A stretch of 64,000 nt of DNA from Candidatus Rokuibacteriota bacterium. GTDB lineage: Bacteria > Methylomirabilota > Methylomirabilia > Rokubacteriales > CSP1-6. Within the stretch, counting starts at the first letter, position 1. The number at the start of each line of letters is the position of its first letter. Location of the stretch: assembly GCA_016184125.1 (NCBI GenBank), contig JACPDG010000043.1, positions 15,882 to 79,881 of the forward strand. The letters are read 5' to 3'. A program made the position numbers and the translations under genes. A model generated the notes under the pieces. The model made no database searches. It saw nothing but the letters and a program-made list of their open reading frames with translations, and was not told the DNA's origin. Below are positions 48,969-58,657 of the stretch, one piece after another.

Positions 48969-49667
48969 CTACAGCACGACCTCGTCCTGGCGCGAGAGCG
49001 TCTCGCCGAAGCGGGACAGCGCCGGCGGCGGCAGCTCCTGGTAGACCTCCACGAGCCGGCGATTCACCTCGCGGTTCGCGAGCGCGAAGAGGCTCCGTCC
49101 CTCGCGGTCTCCCTCGACCAGGAACGGCCCGATGCGGTCGACCTCGAGCACCCAGAGCGCCTGGGCGATGCCGAGCTCCCTGAGCCAGTGGACCTCGAGG
49201 ACCCGGCTGATCGACCGGCCATACGTCGCACCAAGCCCGTAGCCGACGGTGGTGAGGTAGACCGCGCCGTGCGGCACGAACCACTCGCGGTACGCGGTCT
49301 CCGTGAGGCCGGCCTTGCCGACGATCACGCGCGCACCGGAGCGCTCGAACCACCGGCTCATGGACTTGCCGAAGCGGAAGCTCGCCGTGGCAGTCACCGC
49401 CTCCACGGCGTAGCTGCCGTCGGGCTTCACGGTCGCCGCCGGCGAGCAGTGGAAGTTCACGTTGGTGAGCTGCGCCACGGTCCCGGGCAGACCGCGTCCC
49501 TCGCCGACGACTTTGCGATACACGCCTTCACGCGCCGTGTAGAGCACGCCGCTCACGTACACGACGTCGCCGAGCTTCAGCCGCGCGATGTCCTCATCGG
49601 ACACAGGCGTCGTGAGATGCACCTCGTCCATCGTCACGTCGTCGAGCCGCTCGACCGCCGCGGTCAT
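48969..49667 (-). CDS. class I fumarate hydratase / tartrate dehydratase beta subunit (Fe-S hydro-lyase C-terminal domain)
   Basis: ...GDVVYVSGVLYTAREGVYRKVV...VIVGKAGL; split alpha/beta arrangement. Confidence 0.85.
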   Translation of the reverse strand: MTAAVERLDDVTMDEVHLTTPVSDEDIARLKLGDVVYVSGVLYTAREGVYRKVVGEGRGLPGTVAQLTNVNFHCSPAATVKPDGSYAVEAVTATASFRFGKSMSRWFERSGARVIVGKAGLTETAYREWFVPHGAVYLTTVGYGLGATYGRSISRVLEVHWLRELGIAQALWVLEVDRIGPFLVEGDREGRSLFALANREVNRRLVEVYQELPPPALSRFGETLSRQDEVVL

Positions 49668-49704
49668 GCGAGCCGCCGCTCGGTCCCGTCAGCCGGCACG
49701 CGCG

Positions 49705-50643
49705 TCACTCCACACCCTCGCGCCGGTAATAGTCCGTGAACCACTCGGGATCCGTCCGGAACTCGACACGCCCGTCCGGGTGGATGCGCGCGGTCGCCCG
49801 GCGCGACGACAGGCAGAACTGGTGGATGCCGACGGGCATCCCGCCCGTGTGCGTGAACGCCACCTCGACGTGCGTCGCGACCACCATCGACGTGCCGGCG
49901 AACCCCATCGCGCCGAGCCCGATGTAGTTGCCGAGAGCCGTGAGCTCGTCCTCCAGCCGCGCGATCTCCGGATCGGGGTTCCGGCTGCCGACGACGCGCA
50001 GGCAGGCCGCCTCCTTGCCGAGCCTGACGCAGGTGTCCTTCGCGCCCCCGATGCCCAGGCCGACGATCGCGGGCTGGCACGCGAGGCCCCGCTTGCCGAA
50101 CTGCACGAGCGCGTCGACGAAGAACCGCCTGATCCCCGGAATCCCGTCGGACGGGAAGAGCATCCGGTAGTCGCTGCCGAAGAGCCCACCCTTGTGGACC
50201 GTCGTCACGTCGAGGAAGTCCCGGCCGGGCTCGAACGCGTACGTGATCTCCGGCGCGTGGATGCCCACGTTGTTGTTGCGGTCCACGCGGGAGAGCGGGT
50301 GGACGCGGTTCGGCCGCAGCGGGACCGAGGCGGTCGCGTCGGCCGTCGCCTTGCGCAGCGCGCGCTCGAGCGCCACGAATCCGCCCTCGATCACCGCCTC
50401 GTTGCCGGCCCGCACGTAGTACCGCGGCAGCCCGGTGTCCGCGCACATCGGCCGGCGCTCGCCGGTCGCGATCTCCCAGTTGCGCAGCATCTCGTCGAGG
50501 ACGAAACGAGGGAGGCGGCTGCGCTCGCGGTCCCGCGCGCCCTCGACGCCGCGCCGGAAGTCGGGCGGGATGTCGATGGCGGCGCGCGCCGTGAGCTCGC
50601 GCGCGGTGTCCTCGATCAGCTTCGCCGAGATCGCCCGCGCCAT
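49705..50643 (-). CDS. class I fumarate hydratase / tartrate dehydratase alpha subunit (Fe-S hydro-lyase)
   Basis: MARAISAKLIEDTARELTARAAIDIPPDF...CADTGLP...; 313 aa. Confidence 0.85.
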   Translation of the reverse strand: MARAISAKLIEDTARELTARAAIDIPPDFRRGVEGARDRERSRLPRFVLDEMLRNWEIATGERRPMCADTGLPRYYVRAGNEAVIEGGFVALERALRKATADATASVPLRPNRVHPLSRVDRNNNVGIHAPEITYAFEPGRDFLDVTTVHKGGLFGSDYRMLFPSDGIPGIRRFFVDALVQFGKRGLACQPAIVGLGIGGAKDTCVRLGKEAACLRVVGSRNPDPEIARLEDELTALGNYIGLGAMGFAGTSMVVATHVEVAFTHTGGMPVGIHQFCLSSRRATARIHPDGRVEFRTDPEWFTDYYRREGVE

Positions 50644-51145
50644 CGCACCGCCACGGTAGCCAGCAAACGGGGGGCGGTCAAGCGCCGGCCAGCGGCGGCC
50701 GGCAATGCGCCCACGGCCGCGCCGCCTCGAGCTGCGCGGCCAGCCGCAAGAGCGTCGCCTCGTCACCGAACCGCGCCATGAACTGGACGCCGATCGGCAC
50801 ACCGTCGGTGTTCCGGGAGAGCGGCACGGACATCGCAGGCTGGCCCGTCACGTTGGCGAACGCACGACCAGCTCGCTGTGCTCACTCGGCACGAAGTCCG
50901 CGAGGAAGTCGCTCGCCTCCGTGAGCGGAACCCCGGCGTACTCGGCGAGGAGGTCCTTCAGCAGGAACGGTACGCCGGCGAACGGCGCGTCCACGACCGG
51001 CCCCGCCGCCGCCCGGCGCGCGAGGTCGTACATCGGCGTGACGACGGCGTTGAGCGAGGGGTTCACCCGCTCGATCCGGGCGATCGTCGCCTCGAGCAGC
51101 TCGATCGCGCGGATCTCCTTCCGGCGGACTCATCGAGTCCCGGTC

Positions 51146-52378
51146 TCATCGCGCGGCGACGACGCGAGCCGGCCGATCGCTCGGCAACGTCCACGCGCAC
51201 GCCGTCGCGGCCGCGCCGCCCAGCCCGAGCGTCATGAACGCCCAGCCCCACAGGGTCCTCACGCCGCCGGGGTTGGTGAGGTCGAGCACCGCGCCGAACA
51301 CGAGCGGAGCGACGGCGCCCGCGCCGAACCCGAGCAGCGACCGGAGCGCGAGGCCGGACCCGAGATACGCGGGAGTCACCACCTCCGTGAAGGCCGTCGA
51401 CAGCACCGGCGAGTCGCCGAGGGCGGCAAAGCCGTACACGGCGCCGACGGCGAAGATCACGGCTGCAGGCGCGCCGATGAGCCAGCCGAACGTGAACGAG
51501 CAGACGGTGGCGATCGCCGCGAGGCCGAGCAGCACCGCTCGCCGTCCGAGCCGATCCGAGAGCGCGCCCATCGACGACGACGCGATCAGGCCCATCAGGT
51601 GGAACGTCGCGCTCAGGTACGAGCCGAGCTCGACGGCGCGTCCCGAGCCGTGGCCGCCGACGGCGAGCGACGCGGCGACGAACGTCGGCGTCCAGGCCCA
51701 CATCCCGAGCAGCTCCCACGAATGGAACGTGTACCCGCCCATGAGCCGCCTCGCCTGCGGGTTGCCGAGCACCGCCGACCCGAAGTGGAGCCCCGTGCCG
51801 CGCCGATGCACGACCGTGGGCGTGTCGCGAAGGGCGAACCAGGACAGGCCGAGCGCGATCACGGGGCCGGCGCTCGTGGCCGCGAACGCGAGCGGATACC
51901 CGCCGAGTCGGAGGGCGACGCCGGACAGCAGGAGCGACAGCGCATAGCCGAGGGACGAGGCGGCGATGAGCCACCCCACGGCGGTGCCCCGGCGCGCCGG
52001 AGGATACCGGTCCGCGAAGAGCATGATCGCGGTGGTGTAGGTGCCGCCCTGCGACACCGCCACGAACGTGTAGAGCACGAGGCCCGTCAGGTACGAGCGC
52101 GCGAACGCCGCGAACGCGACAGCTGCGAGGGCGCTGAGCACCGCGGACCACATGAACACCCGCCGCGCACCGAGGCGGTCGGCGAGCCACGAGAAGACCA
52201 TGAGCGAGACGGCGTACCCGGCCTGGAACGCCGTGGAGATCGAGCCGGCCGCCGTGCCGGTGAGGTGCCACGCGTCGAGCAGGACCGGCAGCGCCGCGGC
52301 GTACGTCATGAAGACGGACGTCCCGAACGTGCGGGACGCGCAGATCGACACGAGCCAGCGATCGCGCGTCGCGATCAC
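51146..52378 (-). CDS. MFS transporter
   Basis: 12 predicted TM segments with MFS signatures (SWLADRLGARRV, SDRLGRRAV). GTG start with GTGA overlap onto the upstream gene. Confidence 0.8.
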   Translation of the reverse strand: MIATRDRWLVSICASRTFGTSVFMTYAAALPVLLDAWHLTGTAAGSISTAFQAGYAVSLMVFSWLADRLGARRVFMWSAVLSALAAVAFAAFARSYLTGLVLYTFVAVSQGGTYTTAIMLFADRYPPARRGTAVGWLIAASSLGYALSLLLSGVALRLGGYPLAFAATSAGPVIALGLSWFALRDTPTVVHRRGTGLHFGSAVLGNPQARRLMGGYTFHSWELLGMWAWTPTFVAASLAVGGHGSGRAVELGSYLSATFHLMGLIASSSMGALSDRLGRRAVLLGLAAIATVCSFTFGWLIGAPAAVIFAVGAVYGFAALGDSPVLSTAFTEVVTPAYLGSGLALRSLLGFGAGAVAPLVFGAVLDLTNPGGVRTLWGWAFMTLGLGGAAATACAWTLPSDRPARVVAAR

Positions 52379-52659
52379 GGTCGCCGGAACGCACGCGCGG
52401 CGTACTCCATGAACCGGTCCTCGAGCTCGCTCGCGACCGCGTCCGCCACCTCCGCGGCCGGCCCGGGACGCTCCGCCGGCGTCGTGCGGCCCCACGCCGC
52501 CAGGTACTCCTCGGAATCCGCGAGCCCGAGCTGCATCGCGACGGAGTCGATCAACGCCTGCCACCGCTCCGAGAGCGGCCGGGTGCTCGTCTCGTGGTCG
52601 TCGCGCGCCTCGACGACGGCGGGGATCTCACGCCAGGTGATGATCTCGTAGGTCGCCAT
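52375..52659 (-). CDS. hypothetical protein (94 aa)
   Basis: MATYEIITWREIPAVVEARDD...; no family recognised; coupled to the MFS gene. Confidence 0.45.
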   Translation of the reverse strand: MATYEIITWREIPAVVEARDDHETSTRPLSERWQALIDSVAMQLGLADSEEYLAAWGRTTPAERPGPAAEVADAVASELEDRFMEYAARAFRRP

Positions 52660-52664
52660 CTCAA

Positions 52665-52741
52665 ATCATGGGGGGACTATCGAGGCCCCCCAAGCCCCCC
52701 ACGCTCGGCGGCGGCCCGGGGAACCCGGGCCGCCCCTCGGG
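52665..52741 (+). repeat. family A repeat, copy A14
   Basis: ATCATGGGGGGACTATCGAGGCCCCCCAAGCCCCCCACGCTCGGCGGCGGCCCGGGGAACCCGGGCCGCCCCTCGGGAA. Confidence 0.85.
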
Positions 52742-52767
52742 AATCCGATGCGCTCACAGGCTCTCCG

Positions 52768-52792
52768 ATCATGGGGGGACCATCGTTCACGG
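52768..52792 (+). repeat. family A repeat, truncated copy A15 (head only)
   Basis: ATCATGGGGGGACCATCGTTCACGG. Confidence 0.5.
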
Positions 52793-52798
52793 CTCTCA

Positions 52799-54469
52799 TC
52801 AAAAGAGGCCCACGATCTTGCCGCCGGCGTCGATGTCGATGCCCTCCGCCGCCGGCGCCTTCGGGAGGCCGGGCAACGTCAGGATGTCGCCGGCGTACGC
52901 GACGACGAAGCCGGCGCCGGCCGCAAGCTTGGCGTCGCGGACGATCACGCGGAACCCCCGGGGCCGTCCAAGCTTCTTGGGATCGTCCGACAGCGAGTGC
53001 TGCGTCTTCGCCATGCAGACCGGCAGCCGCCCGAAGCCGGCGGCCTCGTACTGCTGGAACCGGGCCGCAGCCGCCGGCAGCACCTCGATCCCGTCGGCGC
53101 CGTAGAGCGTCCGCGCGATCGTCTCGGCCTTCTCTCGGAGCGTCAGCTCGTCGGGGTAGAGGTGACGGAACTTGCCGTTGCCGCCGAGCGCGTCGAGGAC
53201 CGCGCGGGCGACGTCGACGCCGCCGTCGCCGCCTCGTTCCCACACTCGCGAGACCCGCGCGTCGGCGCCGAGGTCCGCGCACGCACCGAGGACCGCCTCG
53301 ACCTCGGGCGCGGTATCACCGGTGAACTCGTTGAGGGCGACCACCGCCGGCACGCCGAAGCTGCGGACGTTGTCGACGTGCGCCTCGAGGTTCGCGAGCC
53401 CGCGCCGTACGGCCGCGACGTCCGGCGTGCCGAGCCGCTCGCGCGGCACCCCGCCGTGCATCTTCAGCGCGCGCACCGTCGCCACGATGACGGCGGCCGA
53501 CGGGACGAGCCCGCCCGCGCGGCACTTGATGTCGAAGAACTTCTCGGCCCCGAGGTCGCTGCCGAAGCCGGCCTCGGTCACCGCGACCTCGCCCAGCTTG
53601 AGCGCCAGGCGCGTGGCGACCAGGCTCGAGCAGCCGTGCGCGATGTTGCCGAACGGACCGCCGTGGACGAACGCCGGCGTCCCCTCGAGCGTCTGGACGA
53701 GGTTCGGCTTCACCGCATCCTTGAGCAACACCGCGAGCGCGCCGGCGGCGCGCAGCTCGCCGGCGGTGACGAACGCGCCGGCCGGTGTCTCGCCGACCAC
53801 GACGCGTGCCAGCCGTGCCTTGAGATCCTCGAGGTCGCACGCGAGACAGAGGATCGCCATGACCTCGGACGCGGCGGTGATCTCGAACCCCCCCTCGCGC
53901 GGCACGCCGTGCCCCGGGCCGCCGAGGCCCAGCACCACGTGCCGGAGCGCCCGGTCGTTCATGTCGAGCACGCGCTGCCACGCGATCCGACGTGCGTCGA
54001 GTCCGAGCCGGTTGCCGTGGAACAGGTGGTTGTCGACCAGCGCCGCGAGCAGGTTGTGCGCCGCGGTGACGGCGTGCAGGTCGCCGGTGAAGTGGAGGTT
54101 GATGTCCTCCATCGGCACGACTTGCGCGTAGCCGCCTCCGGCGGCGCCGCCCTTCACGCCGAAGCACGGCCCCAGCGACGGCTCGCGCAGCGCCACCACC
54201 GCGCGCTTGCCGAGGCGGCGGAACGCGTCGCCCAGCCCGACCGTCGTCGTCGACTTGCCCTCGCCGGCCGGCGTCGGCGTCATCGCGGTCACGAGCACGA
54301 GCGTGCCATCGGGGCGGTCGGCCACCCGATCGAGGACGTCGAGCGGCACCTTCGCCTTGGACCGTCCGTACGGCTCGATGTCGTCGGCCGCGAGGCCGAG
54401 CCGACCGGCGATCGCCGCGATCGGCTCCAGGCGCGCGTCACGCGCGATGTCGAGGTCGGTCCTGCCCAT
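52799..54469 (-). CDS. fhs: formate--tetrahydrofolate ligase
   Basis: ...TPAGEGKSTTTVGL P-loop...; 556 aa, full-length match to the FTHFS architecture. Confidence 0.95.
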   Translation of the reverse strand: MGRTDLDIARDARLEPIAAIAGRLGLAADDIEPYGRSKAKVPLDVLDRVADRPDGTLVLVTAMTPTPAGEGKSTTTVGLGDAFRRLGKRAVVALREPSLGPCFGVKGGAAGGGYAQVVPMEDINLHFTGDLHAVTAAHNLLAALVDNHLFHGNRLGLDARRIAWQRVLDMNDRALRHVVLGLGGPGHGVPREGGFEITAASEVMAILCLACDLEDLKARLARVVVGETPAGAFVTAGELRAAGALAVLLKDAVKPNLVQTLEGTPAFVHGGPFGNIAHGCSSLVATRLALKLGEVAVTEAGFGSDLGAEKFFDIKCRAGGLVPSAAVIVATVRALKMHGGVPRERLGTPDVAAVRRGLANLEAHVDNVRSFGVPAVVALNEFTGDTAPEVEAVLGACADLGADARVSRVWERGGDGGVDVARAVLDALGGNGKFRHLYPDELTLREKAETIARTLYGADGIEVLPAAAARFQQYEAAGFGRLPVCMAKTQHSLSDDPKKLGRPRGFRVIVRDAKLAAGAGFVVAYAGDILTLPGLPKAPAAEGIDIDAGGKIVGLF

Positions 54470-54505
54470 GGCGGTGCGCGGCCGTTCGCCCCGCGCCGGG
54501 CGGCG

Positions 54506-54820
54506 TCAACCGCCCATGTACTGCGCGAGCAGCGTGATGCGGTCGCCGGACGCGAGCGGCGAGTCGAGGTCGTGCGCGATGCCGAGCACCGCGTCGTTCA
54601 CCAGCACCTCGATGTTCTCGCCGAGCTCGGGCCCGTGCCAGAGCGCGCGGTGAAGCTCGGGGAACCGCGACGACAGCCGCGTGAGCACGGACCGTACGGT
54701 GTCGCCCGGCTCGAGCGGCTCGTCGATGACGCGCCGCCCCGAGCCGTCACCACCGACGAACCTGGTCACCCACGAGGCGACCTCCACGGGGACGGTTGCG
54801 GTCACGGCGCCCCGTGTCAC
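54506..54820 (-). CDS. MoaD/ThiS-family ubiquitin-like sulfur-carrier protein
   Basis: Beta-grasp-sized protein ending ...LLAQYMGG (C-terminal Gly-Gly). Confidence 0.6.
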   Translation of the reverse strand: MTRGAVTATVPVEVASWVTRFVGGDGSGRRVIDEPLEPGDTVRSVLTRLSSRFPELHRALWHGPELGENIEVLVNDAVLGIAHDLDSPLASGDRITLLAQYMGG

Positions 54821-54857
54821 TTACCCTTCCTTGTCCTCGTAAGCACGCGGGCGGCAG

Positions 54858-55499
54858 TCACTTGGACGTGCGGCGCGGCCGGACGGCCTCCGCGCCGAGG
54901 CGTTCCCCGCGCTTGTCCTTGAGCCGGCGGACGAGCTCCTGGTACGAGGACGTGCGGATGATCTGGTCGAACTGCGCGCGGTAGTTCCCGACCAGGCTGA
55001 TGTTCTCGAGCAGCACGTCGTACATGAGCCAGCGGTCGCCCCGCTGGTGCATGCGCGCCTCGACCGGAACCTCGGTGCCCTGCTTCGTCACGACCTTCGC
55101 GCGGACGATCGCCCTGTCACCCTCGAGCGACTCGCTGACGTACTTCAGCCGCTCGCCGCCGTAGAAGTCGATCTTCGACAGGTACGTGCGCTCGAGCAGG
55201 TCGGCGAAGAGATCGACGAACTCACGGCGCTCGTCCGGCGTCCGGCCCTGCCAGTGCCGCCCGAGCGCGCGCCGCGCCGTCTCTTCCACGTCGAAGACCT
55301 GGATGGCGACCTTGCGCACGGCCGCGCGCCGCTCGTCCCGCTTGTCCTCGCCCCGCATCGCGGGGTCCTCGAGGATCTTGAGGACCTGGTCGCTGTACTG
55401 CTTCAGATGGTCGGTCGGCGGCCCGGCAAGCGCCATCCCGTGGGACAGGACGAGCCCGCCGAAGGCGAGGACCATGACGAGGCGCACGGTGACCGTCAT
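54858..55499 (-). CDS. MlaC/Ttg2D-family periplasmic phospholipid-binding protein
   Basis: Signal peptide MTVTVRLVMVLAFGGLVLSHGMALA; toluene-tolerance Ttg2D-like core (...FDVEETARRALGRHW...YLSKIDFYGGERL...). Confidence 0.75.
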   Translation of the reverse strand: MTVTVRLVMVLAFGGLVLSHGMALAGPPTDHLKQYSDQVLKILEDPAMRGEDKRDERRAAVRKVAIQVFDVEETARRALGRHWQGRTPDERREFVDLFADLLERTYLSKIDFYGGERLKYVSESLEGDRAIVRAKVVTKQGTEVPVEARMHQRGDRWLMYDVLLENISLVGNYRAQFDQIIRTSSYQELVRRLKDKRGERLGAEAVRPRRTSK

Positions 55500-55609
55500 G
55501 CGTGAGGCTCCTTGCTCGCGGCCGCGGCTCGGCCGCGTTCCCACACCTTACACCCGGCGGAACGCCCCGTTCACGGCCCCGGCCCCCTCGGCCCCGGCCT
55601 GCCGCGACG

Positions 55610-56440
55610 TCAGGCGGCGGCCGGCGCCGGGACCTTCGGGACGCCCGCCGTGTACGCGGCCCCGGTTCGGAGGCCCGAACGCCGGCCCGCGGACCCGCGG
55701 GCGAGCTGCGCGAGCGCGAGCGCGTTCCGGATCGCGAATGCGCGCCAGTCGTTGTTGAAATACACGTACACGTCGAGGCCCTGCGCGCGCCACCGCCGGA
55801 TGGCGGCGGCATCGCGCTCCAGCGCGCGGCGGGTGTACGAGCCGCGCCGCCCGTACCCGTGACGGCGAACGTACACGAAGTCCGCGGTGATCGGCCCGGT
55901 CACGGGCTGCGCCTTCGAGTCGTGGATGCAGAGCGCCACGCCCGCGCGTTCGAGCCGCTCGAGGATCGACGGCTCGAGCCACGACGGGTGCCGCACCTCC
56001 AGGACCGCACGCAGGTTCGCGACGCGCCGCTGCCGATCGAGCACGCGAAGGAAGTCGTCGAGGCGCCCGGCATTCGCGTGGAACTGGCGCGGCAGCTGGA
56101 ACAGGACCGGACCGAGCGTGGGCCCGAGGTGTCGCGCGCGAGCGAGGAACACGTCGAGCGGGCCGCGCGCGTCCTTGAGGCGCTTGAGGTGCGTGAGGAA
56201 GCGGCTGGCCTTGACGGCGAACACGTAGTCGGCGTCCACCGCCTTGCGCCACGCTCGGAACATCGCGGCGCTCGGCAGCCGGTAGAACGAGTTGTTCAGC
56301 TCGACGGTCGGAAACCGCGCCGCGTAGAACGAAAGCCACTGCCGGGCGGGCAGAGCCTGCGGGTAGAAGCGGCCGCGCCAGTCTCCGTAGACGTAACCGC
56401 TGGTGCCGATGAGGACGCGCCCGCGCTGGCCTCGCGCCAT
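55610..56440 (-). CDS. DUF72 (UPF0759) family protein
   Basis: LIGTSGYVYGDWRGRFYP...FPTVELNNSFYRLP...ALCIHDS. Confidence 0.8.
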   Translation of the reverse strand: MARGQRGRVLIGTSGYVYGDWRGRFYPQALPARQWLSFYAARFPTVELNNSFYRLPSAAMFRAWRKAVDADYVFAVKASRFLTHLKRLKDARGPLDVFLARARHLGPTLGPVLFQLPRQFHANAGRLDDFLRVLDRQRRVANLRAVLEVRHPSWLEPSILERLERAGVALCIHDSKAQPVTGPITADFVYVRRHGYGRRGSYTRRALERDAAAIRRWRAQGLDVYVYFNNDWRAFAIRNALALAQLARGSAGRRSGLRTGAAYTAGVPKVPAPAAA

Positions 56441-56467
56441 CCCGGTGACCTCCCCACCCGAGGCGCG

Positions 56468-57568
56468 TTACGAGGTCGAGCGCGACGGCAGCCGCACGCG
56501 AGCCTCGCCCACCGCGATCGTCTCGCCGCGCTGGTTCACGCCGGACACGGCGACCGTGACGACGCCGTGGCCGTCGACGACACGCGCCTCCGTGACCGAG
56601 CCGCTGCACCAGGTCGTGTCGCCGATGAGGTTGTGCCGGCGGACCTCGACGCGGAGCCGCTCGAGAAGCGCGCCCGGGCCCATCCAGTTCGTGACGAGGT
56701 GACCGAGCCACGCGACGCGCTCGGGGCCGTAGTCGTATGCGGCGGGCACGCCGACGGCGCGGGCGAACCCGTCGTCCCAGTGCACCCGCTCCGGGGGCTC
56801 CGGAACGCCGAAGGCGTTCGGGATGCCGAGCGCGGGATGGCGATCCACCATGTCGAACGCCAGGCCGTGGGCTCGCACGTAGAGGCTGCCCCAGCCCTGG
56901 ACGAACGCGATGATCGAGGTCACCGTGAGCGGGCCCTTCACGACCGGAGGCAGCCGATCGCCCACGGTGACGTCCTCGAAGGAGCGCGTCTCGGTCGTCA
57001 CCACCTCGTCGCGGTACGCCTGCCGGATGCGCGCGATCTCGTCCCGCGTGTAGCGGTGCGGCTCGATCCGTCCGTACGTCGCGCGCTCACGCGCCGTGTC
57101 GCGTTCCGTCCGGAAGCACCAGGAGTCGGCGACGCAGACAACGACGCCGTCGTCCGCGGTGAAGGTCGTGCGATACGTCTGCTGGACGGCGCGGCGGGCG
57201 AAGCGCGACGGCTTCTCGACGAGGTCGAGCAGCACGCTGTCACCGACGATGCGCGCGCCTTCACGCACGGGCCGTCGCCACCGGAAATCGGTCCCCGCGT
57301 ACATCGCGTGGATGCCCGGCAGTCCACCGACGTACCCGGAGACGATCCGGTCCATCGCGAAGAGGATCGTCGGCGGTGCGAGCCGCTCGCGCTCCCAGCG
57401 GCGGTTGCGGTCGCCGATTCCGTGCGCCCAGTGGCGGATCGCGTCGCGTGTCGCGACTTCGATGTACGGCTCGGGCCGCGGAACGGGCTGGCCGATCCGC
57501 GCGCGCAGCGACGCGAGCGCCTCGTCGGTGATCGTGGGGAAGCGTCGGGTGTCTTCGAGCGAGCTCAT
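56468..57568 (-). CDS. MaoC-like (double hot-dog) dehydratase
   Basis: Two hot-dog-fold halves; MaoC dehydratase motifs in the C-terminal half. Confidence 0.8.
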   Translation of the reverse strand: MSSLEDTRRFPTITDEALASLRARIGQPVPRPEPYIEVATRDAIRHWAHGIGDRNRRWERERLAPPTILFAMDRIVSGYVGGLPGIHAMYAGTDFRWRRPVREGARIVGDSVLLDLVEKPSRFARRAVQQTYRTTFTADDGVVVCVADSWCFRTERDTARERATYGRIEPHRYTRDEIARIRQAYRDEVVTTETRSFEDVTVGDRLPPVVKGPLTVTSIIAFVQGWGSLYVRAHGLAFDMVDRHPALGIPNAFGVPEPPERVHWDDGFARAVGVPAAYDYGPERVAWLGHLVTNWMGPGALLERLRVEVRRHNLIGDTTWCSGSVTEARVVDGHGVVTVAVSGVNQRGETIAVGEARVRLPSRSTS

Positions 57569-57696
57569 CGCCTCTCTCGTCGATCGTGCTGGGGTCAGGC
57601 CAATGGTACCGCGGAGAGCTTCGTGCTGGTTCCGGACGGATCGCCCGGGTCCGGCGCCCGCGGCGTCCGCGCGGCGCCGGTCCCGGCGGACGGAGT

Positions 57697-58032
57697 TTAC
57701 TTCGCGGCCGGCTTCTCGGTCTTGGCCTTTGCCTTCGCCGGTGCTTTCGTGCTCGGCGCTCCCTTCGCGCTCGACGCTCCCTTCGCGCTCGACGCTCCCT
57801 TCGCGCCGCCCTTCGCGCGACGGCGCGCCGCCCAGTAGGCTTTCATGCGCTGGCTGACCGCACGCCGCGCGGCCGCGCTCATGCGGGGCCTGCGGCGCGC
57901 GGGCCCGCGGCCGCCGTCCGACACGCCGCCCAGCGCGGTGCGGATCGCCGTGATCTGGCGGTCGATGCGCTGGCGCTCCACCTCCAGCCGCGAGAGCGCA
58001 GCGCGAAGGGTACTCGTGATCTCATCGGGCAT
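57697..58032 (-). CDS. histone H1-like basic protein with KGASSAKGA repeats
   Basis: Coiled-coil N-terminus; Lys/Ala-rich C-terminus (AKGGAKGASSAKGASSAKGAPSTKAPAKAKAKTEKPAAK). GAGGAGG ribosome-binding site. The upstream region 58033-58350 is locally AT-richer. Confidence 0.5.
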   Translation of the reverse strand: MPDEITSTLRAALSRLEVERQRIDRQITAIRTALGGVSDGGRGPARRRPRMSAAARRAVSQRMKAYWAARRRAKGGAKGASSAKGASSAKGAPSTKAPAKAKAKTEKPAAK

Positions 58033-58657
58033 GATGTCCTCCTCAGGGATGCGTCAAGGGATACGGCGGTTAGAGCGTACGCGAACCAATGTCACGGTAG
58101 CAATAATCCGTCCTTACGCCAAGACTATTTCGCCGCTCCTCCATCTCTTAGACCCGGCGGAAGGCGCCGGCTGGCGCGCGGGATCCTCGTTGCTACTTCA
58201 CCGGCTTACGGGGTCGTAGTCGTGATCCTACGCAGCTGTGTAACGACGATAAGAAGCCTGAACCTTTGCGTGTCTGTTTTACGTACTCGCTCACAGGACT
58301 CGTCAGTGTTCGCACGTGACGCATCACTCGCTCCTCGGCAAAAGCCCTCAACGTGTGAGTGACCATGACATCGGTGGCAGACCGCGCTTCTCTCGCCCAC
58401 GACGAGCGCCGCGGATTCTTCGAGCGATCCGCGCGTCGCACGCGGGAGAACCTCTCGCACCTCGCTCGCCCTGACACCGTGCAGCCGATGTCACACGCGG
58501 CAGCGGATCACAAGGAGGGCGCGGCAATGGCGAGCTGCGACGCGTGGCGGTCCATGGAAGCGGTCGGGTTGATGGTTGCGGCGGATCGGAAGGCGATCTC
58601 TTCTCACACGGCCGGGCGCGCGGCGTCAGCCTCGTCCGACGCCGCGCGCCGGCGACG

